Shown: positions 16,525-27,326, numbered from the stretch's first letter. The stretch is DNA of 64,000 nt from Nannocystales bacterium (GCA_050633305.1 JBOEGF010000008.1:320001-384000); one strand, 5' to 3'. Numbers and translations are program-made. The notes: generated by a model from the letters alone, not told the origin.

Positions 16525-19428
16525 GTGTATTCGACGCAACACTACGGAGCCGACCGAGACGGCGTCGACACCAACGCCGACGCCGAGGTCACCCTCGCTG
16601 ATGGCGAATCCGGCCCGTCGCAGGCTCGATCTCCGTTCGAGCGCGGCGAGACGCTCGGCCGCTACGTGGCACTCGATACGCTGGGGTCCGGCGGAATGGG
16701 CATCGTGCTCTCGGCGTACGACTCGAAGCTCGACCGGCGCGTCGCCCTGAAACTTCTCCATCCCCACACCGGGGCCGACCCCGAAAACCACGCCCGGCTG
16801 ATCCGTGAGGCCCAGGCTCTGGCCAAGCTCTCCCACCCCGGCGTGGTCGCTGTCTACGACGTCGGTGAGCTTCGAGGCCAAGTCTTCATCGCGATGGAGT
16901 TCATCGACGGGCCAAACCTCCGCAGCTGGACCCACGAGGCGAAACGCAGCACGGCTGCGGTCCTCTCCGTGTTCCGCGACGCCGCCCGCGGGCTGATCGC
17001 GGCGCACGACGCCGGCATCGTTCACCGCGACTTCAAGCCAGACAATGTGCTGATCGACCCCAAGGGTCGTGCCCACGTCACGGACTTCGGCCTCGCCCTG
17101 GAGTCCCACGAAGTCGTGCAAAACCTGTCAGCCTCGTCGCGGTCTGACTCGTCACACTCCAGTTCGTCTCGACTGACCGAGACGGGCATGGTGATGGGCA
17201 CGCCCGCGTACATGCCCGTGGAGCAGCACGCAGGGAACCCAACCGATCATCGCTCCGACCAGTTTTCGTTCTGCGTATCGTTCTACGAAGCCCTGTATGG
17301 GGTACGCCCGTTCTCCGGAGCCAACGCGACCGAGCTGTGCCTGTCGATCAAGCGGGCAGAGATTCCCCCGCCCCCCGCAGGCGTCTCGGTCCCCCGACGA
17401 GTGCACCGCGCCATCGTCAAGGGCCTCGCGCTCAAGCCCGAAGGACGGCACGCCTCGATGCGCGCGCTGCTTCGCGCAATCACCCCGCCCACGCGAAACC
17501 GCCGCACGTGGGTCTTCGGAGGGCTTGGAGGACTCACCATCGGGGCCGGTGTTGTGGCCTTCGCGGAGCCCCCGGCCCGGCCTTGCTCGTCGTTCCGGGC
17601 ATCCATCGAGGACGTCTACGGGAGCGAGCAAGAGTCGAAGATTCAAGCCGCGTTCGAGTCCTCCAAACTCGCGTATGCGGGAGCGTCGTTCGAAGCGACG
17701 GACCGAACCCTCGACCGCTTCACCGACGCCTGGGCGACCGCTGCGACCGACGCATGCCTCGCCACCGAGCGAGGCGAGCAGTCCGACCATATGCTCGACC
17801 TCCGCATGCACTGCTTGGATCGGGCTCGGTCCCGCTTGAGCGCGACCGTTGAAGTCTTGAGCGAGGCCAGCCCGGAGATTGTCCACCAAGGCATGGCTCT
17901 GGCATCCAACCAGGTGGAGCTGGAACTGTGCGGGGACCTCGAGGCGTTGCAACGCACCGTGGTCCTGCCTGCGGATGCCGAGGAGGCCGCCGAGACAGAG
18001 CAACTGTTCACCGCGATCGACCGCATGGAAGCGATGCGTAGCGCAGGCAAGAAGGAGGACGCCAAGATGCTGTTCTCCGACTACGAAACCCGCCTGGCGA
18101 GCAGCGACTTCCCCCCCGTCGTCGCCTCCGCAGCCTGGATCCAAGGACGGCTGGTGGGAACCGACAACAGGGCGAGCGAAGCCATCACGCACTTCAGGCG
18201 CGCCTACTTGGTGTCCCTCGAACACGGTCTGGACGGACTCGCTGCCAACGCCGCGAGTTCTCTGGGCTTCTACTACAGCGAGTTCCAGCTCGACTTGGTG
18301 GAGGCGGAGCACTACCTCGATGTCGCTGCGGCGCTTGCGAAAGCCTCGGGCTCTGTTCAGGCCCAATCCGGGGTCGCCGGCAACCTGTCCACCCTCCGCA
18401 GACGGCAGTCCCGCTACGATGAAGCGGTCGCGTCCGCGCAAGAGGCTCTGAGCTTGGCGAAGACGCAGAAGGCCACCCGCCCCTTGCAGGTCGCCGAAGT
18501 CCACGTCCAGCTGGCGAACGTCCTACGACTACGCGATGGACCCAAAGCCGCGATCCCAACCCTGCTCGAAGCGCGCGACGATGTCCTGGCCGAGTTGGGG
18601 TCGGTCCACCCGGTCCTCGTCGGCATCTACCGCGAGCAGGCGGGGGTCGCCCGCGAACTCGGCAACTACGACGAAGCGTTTGTCCATGCGAGTGCCGCCC
18701 TCGAACAAGCGCGTGCAGCCTATGGAGAAGGCAGCCTCGACGAGGCCTATGAGCTCGCCAACCTTGCGACCATCGCCGGTTCGTTGGGCCGCAAACGGGA
18801 GTCCCTCGACATGCTCGCGCGCGTCGACGAGGTGTTCGCGCGCGAGCAGGGGGAAACCCACCCCGTCCGTGCGGCGGTGATGAACAACCGAGCGACGATT
18901 TTCACGGAGCTCGAGCAATGGGACGACGCCGAGGCATCGTTTCAGGACGCGCTGCGGATCGCCCAAGCGAACGCCGATGGCCCCGACGGTCTCTCGGTCA
19001 CTCTCAACCGAAACCTCGCACTCGTCGCCCTGTACGGGGCCGAGCTTTCCAAGGCAAAAAAATACGCAGATGCAGCCCTCGCCGGTGGGCTCGGTGTCCA
19101 TGGCGAGGACCACATGGACACCGGCATGACGCATGCCGTCCTCGGCCGGATCGCGCTCGCACACAACGAGTTCGAGGTCGCGCGTGCCTCCTTGCAACGT
19201 GCCGTCACGATCGGACACGACCTGTTCTCGGAGGAGGCCGCCACGCGCTTCTACCTCGCGCGTGCTTTGGTGGAAGACCCCGCCTCAACCCCGGAGGAAA
19301 CACGCAGGGGACTGTCCATGGCCCGAGCCGCCGAAAAGGAAATCGCAAAGGCGAGCGACGTCGAGCGTACGCACACCGAAATCCTTGAGTGGCTCGGCGA
19401 ACACGACAAGGGGTTCAGCCCAGGCTAA
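16525..19428 (+). CDS. Ser/Thr kinase with TM segment and C-terminal TPR region (array copy 1)
   Basis: LGSGGMG, VALK, HRDFKPDN, DFG, GTPAYMPVEQ; then a hydrophobic segment, a Cys-containing helical region and TPR-like repeats. Confidence 0.92.
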   Translation: MYSTQHYGADRDGVDTNADAEVTLADGESGPSQARSPFERGETLGRYVALDTLGSGGMGIVLSAYDSKLDRRVALKLLHPHTGADPENHARLIREAQALAKLSHPGVVAVYDVGELRGQVFIAMEFIDGPNLRSWTHEAKRSTAAVLSVFRDAARGLIAAHDAGIVHRDFKPDNVLIDPKGRAHVTDFGLALESHEVVQNLSASSRSDSSHSSSSRLTETGMVMGTPAYMPVEQHAGNPTDHRSDQFSFCVSFYEALYGVRPFSGANATELCLSIKRAEIPPPPAGVSVPRRVHRAIVKGLALKPEGRHASMRALLRAITPPTRNRRTWVFGGLGGLTIGAGVVAFAEPPARPCSSFRASIEDVYGSEQESKIQAAFESSKLAYAGASFEATDRTLDRFTDAWATAATDACLATERGEQSDHMLDLRMHCLDRARSRLSATVEVLSEASPEIVHQGMALASNQVELELCGDLEALQRTVVLPADAEEAAETEQLFTAIDRMEAMRSAGKKEDAKMLFSDYETRLASSDFPPVVASAAWIQGRLVGTDNRASEAITHFRRAYLVSLEHGLDGLAANAASSLGFYYSEFQLDLVEAEHYLDVAAALAKASGSVQAQSGVAGNLSTLRRRQSRYDEAVASAQEALSLAKTQKATRPLQVAEVHVQLANVLRLRDGPKAAIPTLLEARDDVLAELGSVHPVLVGIYREQAGVARELGNYDEAFVHASAALEQARAAYGEGSLDEAYELANLATIAGSLGRKRESLDMLARVDEVFAREQGETHPVRAAVMNNRATIFTELEQWDDAEASFQDALRIAQANADGPDGLSVTLNRNLALVALYGAELSKAKKYADAALAGGLGVHGEDHMDTGMTHAVLGRIALAHNEFEVARASLQRAVTIGHDLFSEEAATRFYLARALVEDPASTPEETRRGLSMARAAEKEIAKASDVERTHTEILEWLGEHDKGFSPG

Positions 19429-19440
19429 CGGGCGGCCGCG

Positions 19441-22308
19441 ATGGAGACGCACGGCTACGAGGGCCCCGAGCAAGCGACGCGTTCGGACGCTGAGGCCACG
19501 GTGACCGACGCGACGCGGGACGACGCCCCACGGCCTCCTTTCGCGCGGGGAGAGTCTCTGGGGCGCTACGTCGTCCTCGACACCCTCGGCGCGGGAGGCA
19601 TGGGCATCGTCTTGGCGGCGTACGACACCACCCTCGACCGGCGGGTCGCTCTGAAGCTGCTGCATGCCCACACCTCCGCCGATCCCGGAAACCACGCCCG
19701 CCTGCTCCGCGAGGCTCAAGCGCTGGCGAAGCTATCTCACCCGCGTGTCGTCTCGGTGTACGACGTCGGCGAGCTGCGAGGCCAGGTGTTCATCGCGATG
19801 GAATTCGTCGACGGCCCAAACCTGCGCCAGTGGCTCCGAGAGAAGGAACGAACGCCAGCCCAGATTCTCAAGGTCTTCCGCGGCGCTGGGAAAGGACTGC
19901 AAGCGGCGCATGACGCCGGCATCGTCCACCGCGACCTCAAACCAGACAACATTCTCATTGGGCCCAACGGCAAAGCCTACGTCACAGACTTCGGCCTGGC
20001 ACTCGAGGCCGACGTGGTCCCCAAGTCGTCCAGCACGCGCTCGTCGTCCGCCTGGTCGTCCTCCCGCCTGACCGAGACCGGTGCTGTGATGGGAACGCCC
20101 GCGTACATGCCGATCGAGCAACACGCCGGTCTCATGACCGACCACCGTTCCGACCAGTTCTCGTTTTGCGTGTCCCTATTCGAGGCTCTTCATGGCCTCC
20201 GACCGTTCTCCGGCACGAACGCGAGCGAACTGTGTCTGGCGATCGGGCGCGCCGACCTGCCGACGAGTCCGAACACCGTGGCGCGCAGGGTCCGACACGC
20301 GCTCGCCCGCGGGCTCTCGCCCAAGGCCGAAGACCGTTTTCCGTCAATGCGCGCCCTACTTCGGGCCCTCTCCCCACCGACCCGCAGCAGTCGCACGTGG
20401 GTGTTTGGCGGCGTAGGAGGACTCGTCCTCGGCGCAGCTCTCGTCGGTCTTGCCGACCCCTCGAGTCCCCCCTGTGCGTCACTGGGCGACCGCGTTTTGG
20501 GTGTCTACGGCCCACAGCAGCGAGAGCAGCTCGAGTCCGCGTTCGCGGCGACCGGGCTGCCGTATGCAAAGGCATCCTCCGTAGCGACGACCGCAGCACT
20601 CGATGCCTTCGCGACCCAGTGGACGTCCTCCGCACAGGAGGCCTGCCTGGCGTCCGAGCGCGGCGAGCAGTCTGGCGCGATGCTCGACCTCCGGATGCTC
20701 TGTCTCGATCGCGGGCTCCTCGCGTTGTCGGCGACGGTCGAGATCCTCGCGACGATCGAACCGAAGGAGCTTCGGCGATCCGCGAAGATCGCCTCCGGCC
20801 TGCCGAACCTCGCGCTGTGCGAGGACCTCGAAGCGCTCCCGAAACTCGCCATCCTTCCGGCGACACCCGAGCAGGCCCACGACGCCGAGACCCTGCTGCC
20901 GATCGTTGACCGCATCCGAGTGCTCGTCATCGCCGACCGACAAAAAGAAGCCCAGACGCTCCTCGACACCCATGCACAGGAACTCGAGCGAAGCACGTAC
21001 CCGTTTGTGCAGACGCTGCACCGGACCTGGCAAGGACGACTGCTCTTCTCGCGACGCGAACAAGCGACCCCCGAGGTCCTCCGTCAGGCACACCTGCTTG
21101 CCCTCGAGCACGGACTGGACGCGCAGGCCTCACGCACCGCCACCGCCCTGGGCACCTGGCATTCGGACAAGAAGCAGTTTGACGCCTCGATTCGATGGTT
21201 CGAATCCGCGGGGGCGCTGGCGCGAGCGGCCGGCTCGACACGACTCCAAGCCACCGTGGCCTCGACGTCGGCCGGGGTCTACTCCCAAGCAGGACGCCAC
21301 GATGACGCGATCGCCCGCACTCAACATGCACTCCAACTGACCGAGGACGACGAATCGTACCCCCCAAGAGCACGGGTCGAACTCCTGCTGTCCCACGCAA
21401 GGGCACTGCAGTACCGAGACGGTGAGCGAGCCGGACTCGAGGAGATTCACGAAGCCCGCGCGCTCATAGGGGAACTCGACGGCGACGCTCCGGTGATCGC
21501 ATCGATCGAGACCAAGCTGAGCGAGTTTGCGATGAACCGGGATGACGTTGCCGCGGCGCTCACCCATGCAGAAGAAGCCCAGCGCATTACGGAGCTCCAC
21601 TACGGACGCGACTCCCTGCGATACGCCGCTGCGCTGACCAACGTCGCCATTCCGATGAAGGAGCTGGGCATGGTCGACGACGCGCTCGGCCGACTCGCCG
21701 AGGCTCTCGACATCTTCCGAGGTCCCTCCAACTACGCACCGGGCACCGCACAAGTGCTGATCAACATGTCGGTCGTCCTGCTGGTCGACGGGAGAGACGA
21801 TCAGGTTCGGCGACGACTCGACGAGTTGACAACCCTCATTCACGAAGCGCACTTCGAAGGTACCGAGCTCCAAGCGCTCGAGTTTCAGCTCCGGGCCTCT
21901 GTCGAGCGTCAGGACGGGGAGATCGAGCGGTCGCGAACCCACGCGACTCAGGCGCTAAAACTCCTCGAGAAGCAGTTCGGCGAAAAGCACCATCGTCTTG
22001 CCGATGCGCGCACGCTCCTCGCGTACGCCGAGCTTGAAGCAGGCGAGTACGACACCGCGCGGCGGCTTGTCGAACGGGCTCGGGAGGCCCGCACAACGGT
22101 CCCCGCCGATCGGGCGCTGGGTTCGTTCGTCCTCGCGCGGATTCTCTGGGAGACCGAGGGCGCTTCACCGAGTGACCGAAAGCAAGCGGTTCAGCTCGCT
22201 CGTTCTGCCCTCGCCGACTACGAGCAGTCCCCGCCCTACGTTCGCCACCGCGCAGAGGTCCGTGCCTGGATCGAAGCCCACGAGAACGACGTCGAGCCGA
22301 CCCCGTGA
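19441..22308 (+). CDS. Ser/Thr kinase with TM segment and TPR region (array copy 2)
   Basis: LGAGGMG, HRDLKPDN, DFG, GTPAYMPIEQ; same architecture as copy 1. Confidence 0.92.
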   Translation: METHGYEGPEQATRSDAEATVTDATRDDAPRPPFARGESLGRYVVLDTLGAGGMGIVLAAYDTTLDRRVALKLLHAHTSADPGNHARLLREAQALAKLSHPRVVSVYDVGELRGQVFIAMEFVDGPNLRQWLREKERTPAQILKVFRGAGKGLQAAHDAGIVHRDLKPDNILIGPNGKAYVTDFGLALEADVVPKSSSTRSSSAWSSSRLTETGAVMGTPAYMPIEQHAGLMTDHRSDQFSFCVSLFEALHGLRPFSGTNASELCLAIGRADLPTSPNTVARRVRHALARGLSPKAEDRFPSMRALLRALSPPTRSSRTWVFGGVGGLVLGAALVGLADPSSPPCASLGDRVLGVYGPQQREQLESAFAATGLPYAKASSVATTAALDAFATQWTSSAQEACLASERGEQSGAMLDLRMLCLDRGLLALSATVEILATIEPKELRRSAKIASGLPNLALCEDLEALPKLAILPATPEQAHDAETLLPIVDRIRVLVIADRQKEAQTLLDTHAQELERSTYPFVQTLHRTWQGRLLFSRREQATPEVLRQAHLLALEHGLDAQASRTATALGTWHSDKKQFDASIRWFESAGALARAAGSTRLQATVASTSAGVYSQAGRHDDAIARTQHALQLTEDDESYPPRARVELLLSHARALQYRDGERAGLEEIHEARALIGELDGDAPVIASIETKLSEFAMNRDDVAAALTHAEEAQRITELHYGRDSLRYAAALTNVAIPMKELGMVDDALGRLAEALDIFRGPSNYAPGTAQVLINMSVVLLVDGRDDQVRRRLDELTTLIHEAHFEGTELQALEFQLRASVERQDGEIERSRTHATQALKLLEKQFGEKHHRLADARTLLAYAELEAGEYDTARRLVERAREARTTVPADRALGSFVLARILWETEGASPSDRKQAVQLARSALADYEQSPPYVRHRAEVRAWIEAHENDVEPTP

Positions 22309-25163
22309 GCGACCCGCAAGCCACCGTCACCTCCGACCCGGAGGCAGTCACTCGGCCCGAAGGCTCCCCGACCGACGGAGTCCACTCGGAGGCCTCCAGG
22401 GCCGTACGTGTGCCTTTTCGTCGCGGCGAAGCACTCGGACGATACGTCGTCCTCGAACCGCTGGGCGTCGGAGGCATGGGCATTGTCCTGGCAGCCTACG
22501 ACTCCAGACTCGACCGCCGAGTCGCTCTCAAACTCCTCCACCCCGACGAGTCCGAAGACGGAGCCAATCACGCGCGCCTGCTCCGCGAGGCTCAAGCGCT
22601 GGCCAAGCTCTCGCACCGCTGTGTCGTGTCTGTCTACGACGTCGGAGAGATTCGCGGCCACGTGTTCATGGCCATGGAGATCGTCGAAGGACCAGACCTC
22701 CGGCGCTGGCTCGCAGCGGGACCACGCACTCCCCGGGAGATTGTCGCGGTCTTCCGGGATGCGGGGCGCGGACTCCAGGCGGCGCACGAAAGTGGGATCG
22801 TGCACCGAGACTTCAAGCCCGACAACGTGTTGATCGGTCCCAATGGCCGCGCCCACGTCACAGACTTCGGCTTGGCGCTCGAGCAGCGCAGTGAGATTCC
22901 AGCTCTCCCGGCGTCCGCGTCGGCCTCCCACCTTCCCCCGTCGGCCCGCCTGACCCAAACCGGGATCGTCATGGGCACCCCGGCATACATGCCGATCGAG
23001 CAGCATGTGGGCCGGCCGGCGGACCACCGTAGCGACCAGTACTCCTTCGCCGTGTCGTTGTTCGAGGCGTTGTACGGTCGGCGCCCCTTCGCAGGCGCGA
23101 ACTCGACCGAGCTTTGTGTCGCAATCAAACGCGCGGAGGTCTCCGTCCCCTCGACACAACGGACAGCCCCCCGGCGAGTTCATCGCGCGGTGCTCCGAGG
23201 GCTCAGCGCCAAACCCGAGGACCGTTACCCCTCGATGCGGGCATTCGTCCGCGCCCTCACACCGCCGGTTCGAAACCGACGAACATGGGTGCTGGGAGGG
23301 CTCGGGGGACTGGCGGTCGGCGCTGGAGCTGTCATGGTCGCCGATCCCCCGCAGCGCCCGTGCTCGTCGTTCGAGGCACGGGTCGCACAGGCCTACACCC
23401 CCGACGACAAGCGGCAGCTTCTCTCCGCATTCACAGCCACCGGAGCGCCGTACGCTCAGTCCTCCTTCGACGCCGCGACCCGAAGTCTCGATGCATTCTC
23501 CGAGGACTGGGTCGAAGCCGCCAGCGATGCCTGCCTCGCCGCCGAACGCGGCGAGCAGTCCGGGCGAATGCTGGACCTTCGAATGGCCTGCCTCGATCGC
23601 GGACTCCGCCGACTCCAGGCCACCACGGAGGTCCTGGCGCTCGCCGACGCCCGAACTGTGGAGCGAGCGGCGGATCTTGCGGAGCAGTTGCCGCGGGTCG
23701 GACCATGCTCCGACAGCGAAGTCATCTCGAGGGGGGTGTTCATTCCCGAGACCGATGCCCAACATACCGATGCACGCGAGCTACTGCCAGTGTTGGAGAA
23801 AGCATCGGTGCTCATGTGGCAGGAGAACCGAGACTCGGTCCGTGCTGTCCTCGAGCCGTTCAAGGCGCGACTCACCTCCTCGACCCATCCGCGGGTCCGC
23901 GCGCAGTACAAGATCATCGAAGGCCGGACACTCCGAGGCCCCGAGAGACTGGCGCTTCTGCATGAAGCACTCGCGGTCGCTCTCGAGCACAACCTCGATG
24001 ATCTTGCGGCCAACGCATCAGTCTCCGCCGCCTATGCCTACAAGGACGAGCTCGCGGAGACGCGGGCCGTCTCGATGTTCGAGCAGGCACTTGCGCTTGG
24101 GCGCGCGAGCGGACAACCCCTCCCCGTCCTCGGTGCCCTGGCTGGACTCGCCAAGGTGGCCGAGGTCCAGCTTCGCTACGACGACGCGATCGAGCACGCT
24201 CGGGAAGCCGTCCGGGTGAGCAAGGACATCCCAACCTTTGGGACGCAGGCCTCCACCCTATTGCTGCTCTCCGAGCTCCTGCACAAGCGAGACGGCGCCA
24301 CCGCAGGGCTCGAAGAGCTCGAGGTCGCCCACGCATTGCTCGTCCGTGAAGTCGGTGCCAACCATCCAGCGCAGGAGGAATACCTCCAAGAGGTGCTCAC
24401 TCGGGCCAACGAGCGCGGCGACAGCAAGAAGGCGCTCGAGACGTCCAAGATCCTCATCACCCTGCTCCGTCGCAATCGAGGCCCCGGCAGCACCCGCGAA
24501 GCCGTCACCCTGGCCAACGTCGCCAGCGCGCAGATGGCCCTGGGTCTGTACGAAGATGCACTCGAGTCCGTCTCCAACTCCGACGAGTACTTCAGAAAGG
24601 ACCTCGGCGACGACTATGCGCACCGAGCGGGACTGCTGAACAACCGCGGCACCATTCTGATCGCGATCGGAAGGCTTGATGACGCTCGCACCGCGATGAA
24701 CCTGTCGCGGAGCCTCTTTGAGGCCCACCTCGGCCCAGGGACCGAGGCCACCGGCGTCACGCAACTCAACCTGTCCGAGATTGAACGACTCGCTGAGAAC
24801 CTCGAAGCCGCGCGCACGCACGCCCTCGAGGCACGTGCGATCTTCTCCAAACGCCTCGGCCCGGAGCACGTGCGGATCGCTCGTGCCGACGTTGCCTTGG
24901 CGCAGGTCGAGCTTGCGGACAACGAGCCAGACACCGCGTGGGCGTCCATCGCTCGAGCGTTGGCGATCGGCACTCCGAAGCCGGCCGAGCAGCGGCTGTG
25001 GGACCTTCTCCAAGCCGAAGCCATCCTTCGCTCGACAACCCGAACCGCCGCGGAGCGACGCCAAGCGTTGGCCACCGTCGACGCTGTGCGCAACGCTCCC
25101 GCGCTGAGGTCCGAGTACACCCGAAACACCCGTAGCGCGCTCACTCGGATCGACGCGCTGTAG
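22305..25163 (+). CDS. Ser/Thr kinase with TM segment and TPR region (array copy 3)
   Basis: LGVGGMG, HRDFKPDN, DFG, GTPAYMPIEQ; GTGA overlap with copy 2. Confidence 0.92.
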   Translation: MSDPQATVTSDPEAVTRPEGSPTDGVHSEASRAVRVPFRRGEALGRYVVLEPLGVGGMGIVLAAYDSRLDRRVALKLLHPDESEDGANHARLLREAQALAKLSHRCVVSVYDVGEIRGHVFMAMEIVEGPDLRRWLAAGPRTPREIVAVFRDAGRGLQAAHESGIVHRDFKPDNVLIGPNGRAHVTDFGLALEQRSEIPALPASASASHLPPSARLTQTGIVMGTPAYMPIEQHVGRPADHRSDQYSFAVSLFEALYGRRPFAGANSTELCVAIKRAEVSVPSTQRTAPRRVHRAVLRGLSAKPEDRYPSMRAFVRALTPPVRNRRTWVLGGLGGLAVGAGAVMVADPPQRPCSSFEARVAQAYTPDDKRQLLSAFTATGAPYAQSSFDAATRSLDAFSEDWVEAASDACLAAERGEQSGRMLDLRMACLDRGLRRLQATTEVLALADARTVERAADLAEQLPRVGPCSDSEVISRGVFIPETDAQHTDARELLPVLEKASVLMWQENRDSVRAVLEPFKARLTSSTHPRVRAQYKIIEGRTLRGPERLALLHEALAVALEHNLDDLAANASVSAAYAYKDELAETRAVSMFEQALALGRASGQPLPVLGALAGLAKVAEVQLRYDDAIEHAREAVRVSKDIPTFGTQASTLLLLSELLHKRDGATAGLEELEVAHALLVREVGANHPAQEEYLQEVLTRANERGDSKKALETSKILITLLRRNRGPGSTREAVTLANVASAQMALGLYEDALESVSNSDEYFRKDLGDDYAHRAGLLNNRGTILIAIGRLDDARTAMNLSRSLFEAHLGPGTEATGVTQLNLSEIERLAENLEAARTHALEARAIFSKRLGPEHVRIARADVALAQVELADNEPDTAWASIARALAIGTPKPAEQRLWDLLQAEAILRSTTRTAAERRQALATVDAVRNAPALRSEYTRNTRSALTRIDAL

Positions 25164-25827
25164 AGAAGCCCGAGTCCCCGAGGTCCTGCACGTCTACGCG
25201 TCCGCCACGCGGGTGTTCGAAGCACAGCCTCTGCGCATGCAGCATCAGGCGCGGACTCTTGTCGCCGCCGTAGAACCGGTCCCCAACGATGGGCCACCCG
25301 GCCTCCGCACAATGAACGCGGATTTGATGCGCGCGCCCGGTCACCGGCCTGGCTTCCACCAGGATTGTCCCGTCCGTCCGGCGCTCCAAGACCTCGAAGT
25401 TCGTGATCGCCTTTTTTCCACCGGAGCGAACCGCGCGATAGCGGGTGGCCTTGGACTCTTTGTCACGGCCCAGGAAGTTCTCCACCTTCCACGTGTCCGG
25501 GGGCGCCTGCCCGCTCGGCTGGACCACCGCGCGGTAGTGCTTGTCGACCGTGTGATTCGAGAACATCTCCGAGATCGCCCGGTTGAGCGCGGCGTCCGTC
25601 GCGAACAGAACCAGGCCCGAGGTGTCCACGTCCAGACGGTGATGCAGCGCGGCATCGGCTCCACCGCGCGCCTTGACCCACGACAACACCGCCCCGGCAA
25701 GGTGGGGCCGCGCCGGGTCGACCGTCGCGTGCACGGCGAGCCCCGCGGGCTTGGACACGACCAGCAGGCCCCCCGCATCGTGCCGCACAGCGGCCGAAGT
25801 CAGCTCGAACGCAGGCCAACTGCCCAT
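25141..25827 (-). CDS. RluA-family pseudouridine synthase
   Basis: VVSKPAGL, HRLDVDTSG (catalytic Asp), TGRAHQIRVH, PIVGDRFYG, LMLHA. No S4 domain. Start at MGSWPAF. Confidence 0.9.
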   Translation of the reverse strand: MGSWPAFELTSAAVRHDAGGLLVVSKPAGLAVHATVDPARPHLAGAVLSWVKARGGADAALHHRLDVDTSGLVLFATDAALNRAISEMFSNHTVDKHYRAVVQPSGQAPPDTWKVENFLGRDKESKATRYRAVRSGGKKAITNFEVLERRTDGTILVEARPVTGRAHQIRVHCAEAGWPIVGDRFYGGDKSPRLMLHAQRLCFEHPRGGRVDVQDLGDSGFSTARRSE

Positions 25828-25951
25828 GGAGCAACGATACGCGTCCTGCCTGCGTCGCGATACGGAACCGGAGCCCAGCCCGTTCTGTGCGAGAGCCCGG
25901 ACCCGCTTGACATCCCTACGTGGGTCACGAAAGCCTGCTCCCGGAGCCCTG

Positions 25952-27184
25952 GTGTCGAAGCCGCGTAACTTCACCGTCCCCCTCATCGCCCTGATCATCC
26001 TCTCGACCCTCGCGGTCGCGGACGGCATCTACTTGATGCGGGTGCACATCGACTACGTGACAGGCGTCAACACGGTCGCGGGGGCCTGCTACGAGTACGC
26101 CGAGAACGGATGCTCCGTCACCGCCGGGCGCTTCGGCTCGGTCCTTGGGGTTCCCGTCGCGGCGATTGGCTTCGCGGGGGCTCTGGCAACGCTGGCCTGC
26201 GCAGTCATGGCGTTTCGGCGCCGAGCCCAGCGACGCGACGGCTACCGTTCCCTGCTGCTGGCCCTCGCATCGTTCAGCCTCTTGGCGTCCGTCGTCATGG
26301 GCACGTTCTCGATCATCGAGGGGTCCTTCTGCCCGTTCTGCGTGATCTGGTACGGACTCAACACTGGCCTGTACATCGCCGCCTGGTCTGCACGGAATGT
26401 GGACACTGTCGCTGGCGACCTCTTCGACGACCTCGTCGGAAACGACGCGTTCGTTCCGCTCGGCGTGTTCGGGTTTGCCCTCGCCGGAGCGGTGTACTGG
26501 CATCACGCCTATCTCGCAGGACAGCAAGCCGAGCAGGACGCGGATGTTGCCGCCAACGCTCCCGAGCTCGCAGCGGCGATCCTCGAGAAGAACAAGACGT
26601 TCGACAGAGAGCCCGTCGATGTCTTGAAGATGCGCGACAACCCGACCAAGTTCGTGGGCGGAGCGACGAACGAGCAGGCTGAGGTCGTGATCGTCGAGTT
26701 CGGCGATTTCCAGTGTCCCTTCTGCAAGAAGCTGTGGACCGGGATGGAAGAGTACTTGGACACCACCGACCGCAACATCCGCCTGCACTTCGCCCACTAC
26801 CCGCTCAACGATGCTTGCAACCCGGGCATCAACGACCTGCACCCGTTCGCGTGCCAGGCCGCGGTCGCAGGCGTGTGTGCAGCCAAGCAAGAGGCATTCT
26901 GGAAGTTCGGCGACGTCGTGTTCGAAAACCAGGAGTCCCTGGAGCGCGGGGACCTGGTGGACTACGCCAAGGACTCCGGGCTCGATGTTGATGCGTTTGA
27001 GACGTGCCTGGACGACCCCAAGTCGATGGCGCAGGTGCGGTACGACATTGGGCTGGGGAACAAGGCCGACCTCAGCGGGACACCGACGTTCTTCATCAAC
27101 GGGTACTCGTTGGTTGGAGCGTTTCCGCCGCCGATCCTGGAAGAGCTGATCAAGCAGATTCTCGAACATGACGCGCAGAACTGA
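25952..27184 (+). CDS. VKOR-DsbA/thioredoxin fusion (disulfide-bond formation)
   Basis: VKOR part: loop Cys pair, FGSVLGVPVA and CPFC in a TM helix. DsbA part: EFGDFQCPFC and GTPTFFING. GTG start with GGAG RBS. Confidence 0.88.
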   Translation: MSKPRNFTVPLIALIILSTLAVADGIYLMRVHIDYVTGVNTVAGACYEYAENGCSVTAGRFGSVLGVPVAAIGFAGALATLACAVMAFRRRAQRRDGYRSLLLALASFSLLASVVMGTFSIIEGSFCPFCVIWYGLNTGLYIAAWSARNVDTVAGDLFDDLVGNDAFVPLGVFGFALAGAVYWHHAYLAGQQAEQDADVAANAPELAAAILEKNKTFDREPVDVLKMRDNPTKFVGGATNEQAEVVIVEFGDFQCPFCKKLWTGMEEYLDTTDRNIRLHFAHYPLNDACNPGINDLHPFACQAAVAGVCAAKQEAFWKFGDVVFENQESLERGDLVDYAKDSGLDVDAFETCLDDPKSMAQVRYDIGLGNKADLSGTPTFFINGYSLVGAFPPPILEELIKQILEHDAQN

Positions 27185-27326
27185 CAGCCACGCTCCAGGC
27201 CCTCCTCTCCTCGCCGAAAGAACCCGCCAAGCTGCAGGCCTGTCTCTCAGCCTGAACGCCAGCACTTCCCGCACAGTTTTTTCTCGCCCCCGAATCGTTC
27301 GCCCCCGAACTGGGGTGTAATGGGGT

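Noticed and set aside
25141..25827. RluA gene as part of the Clp/RF-like system
   Set aside because: It lies 10 kb away, beyond unrelated opposite-strand genes, with no evidence of linkage.
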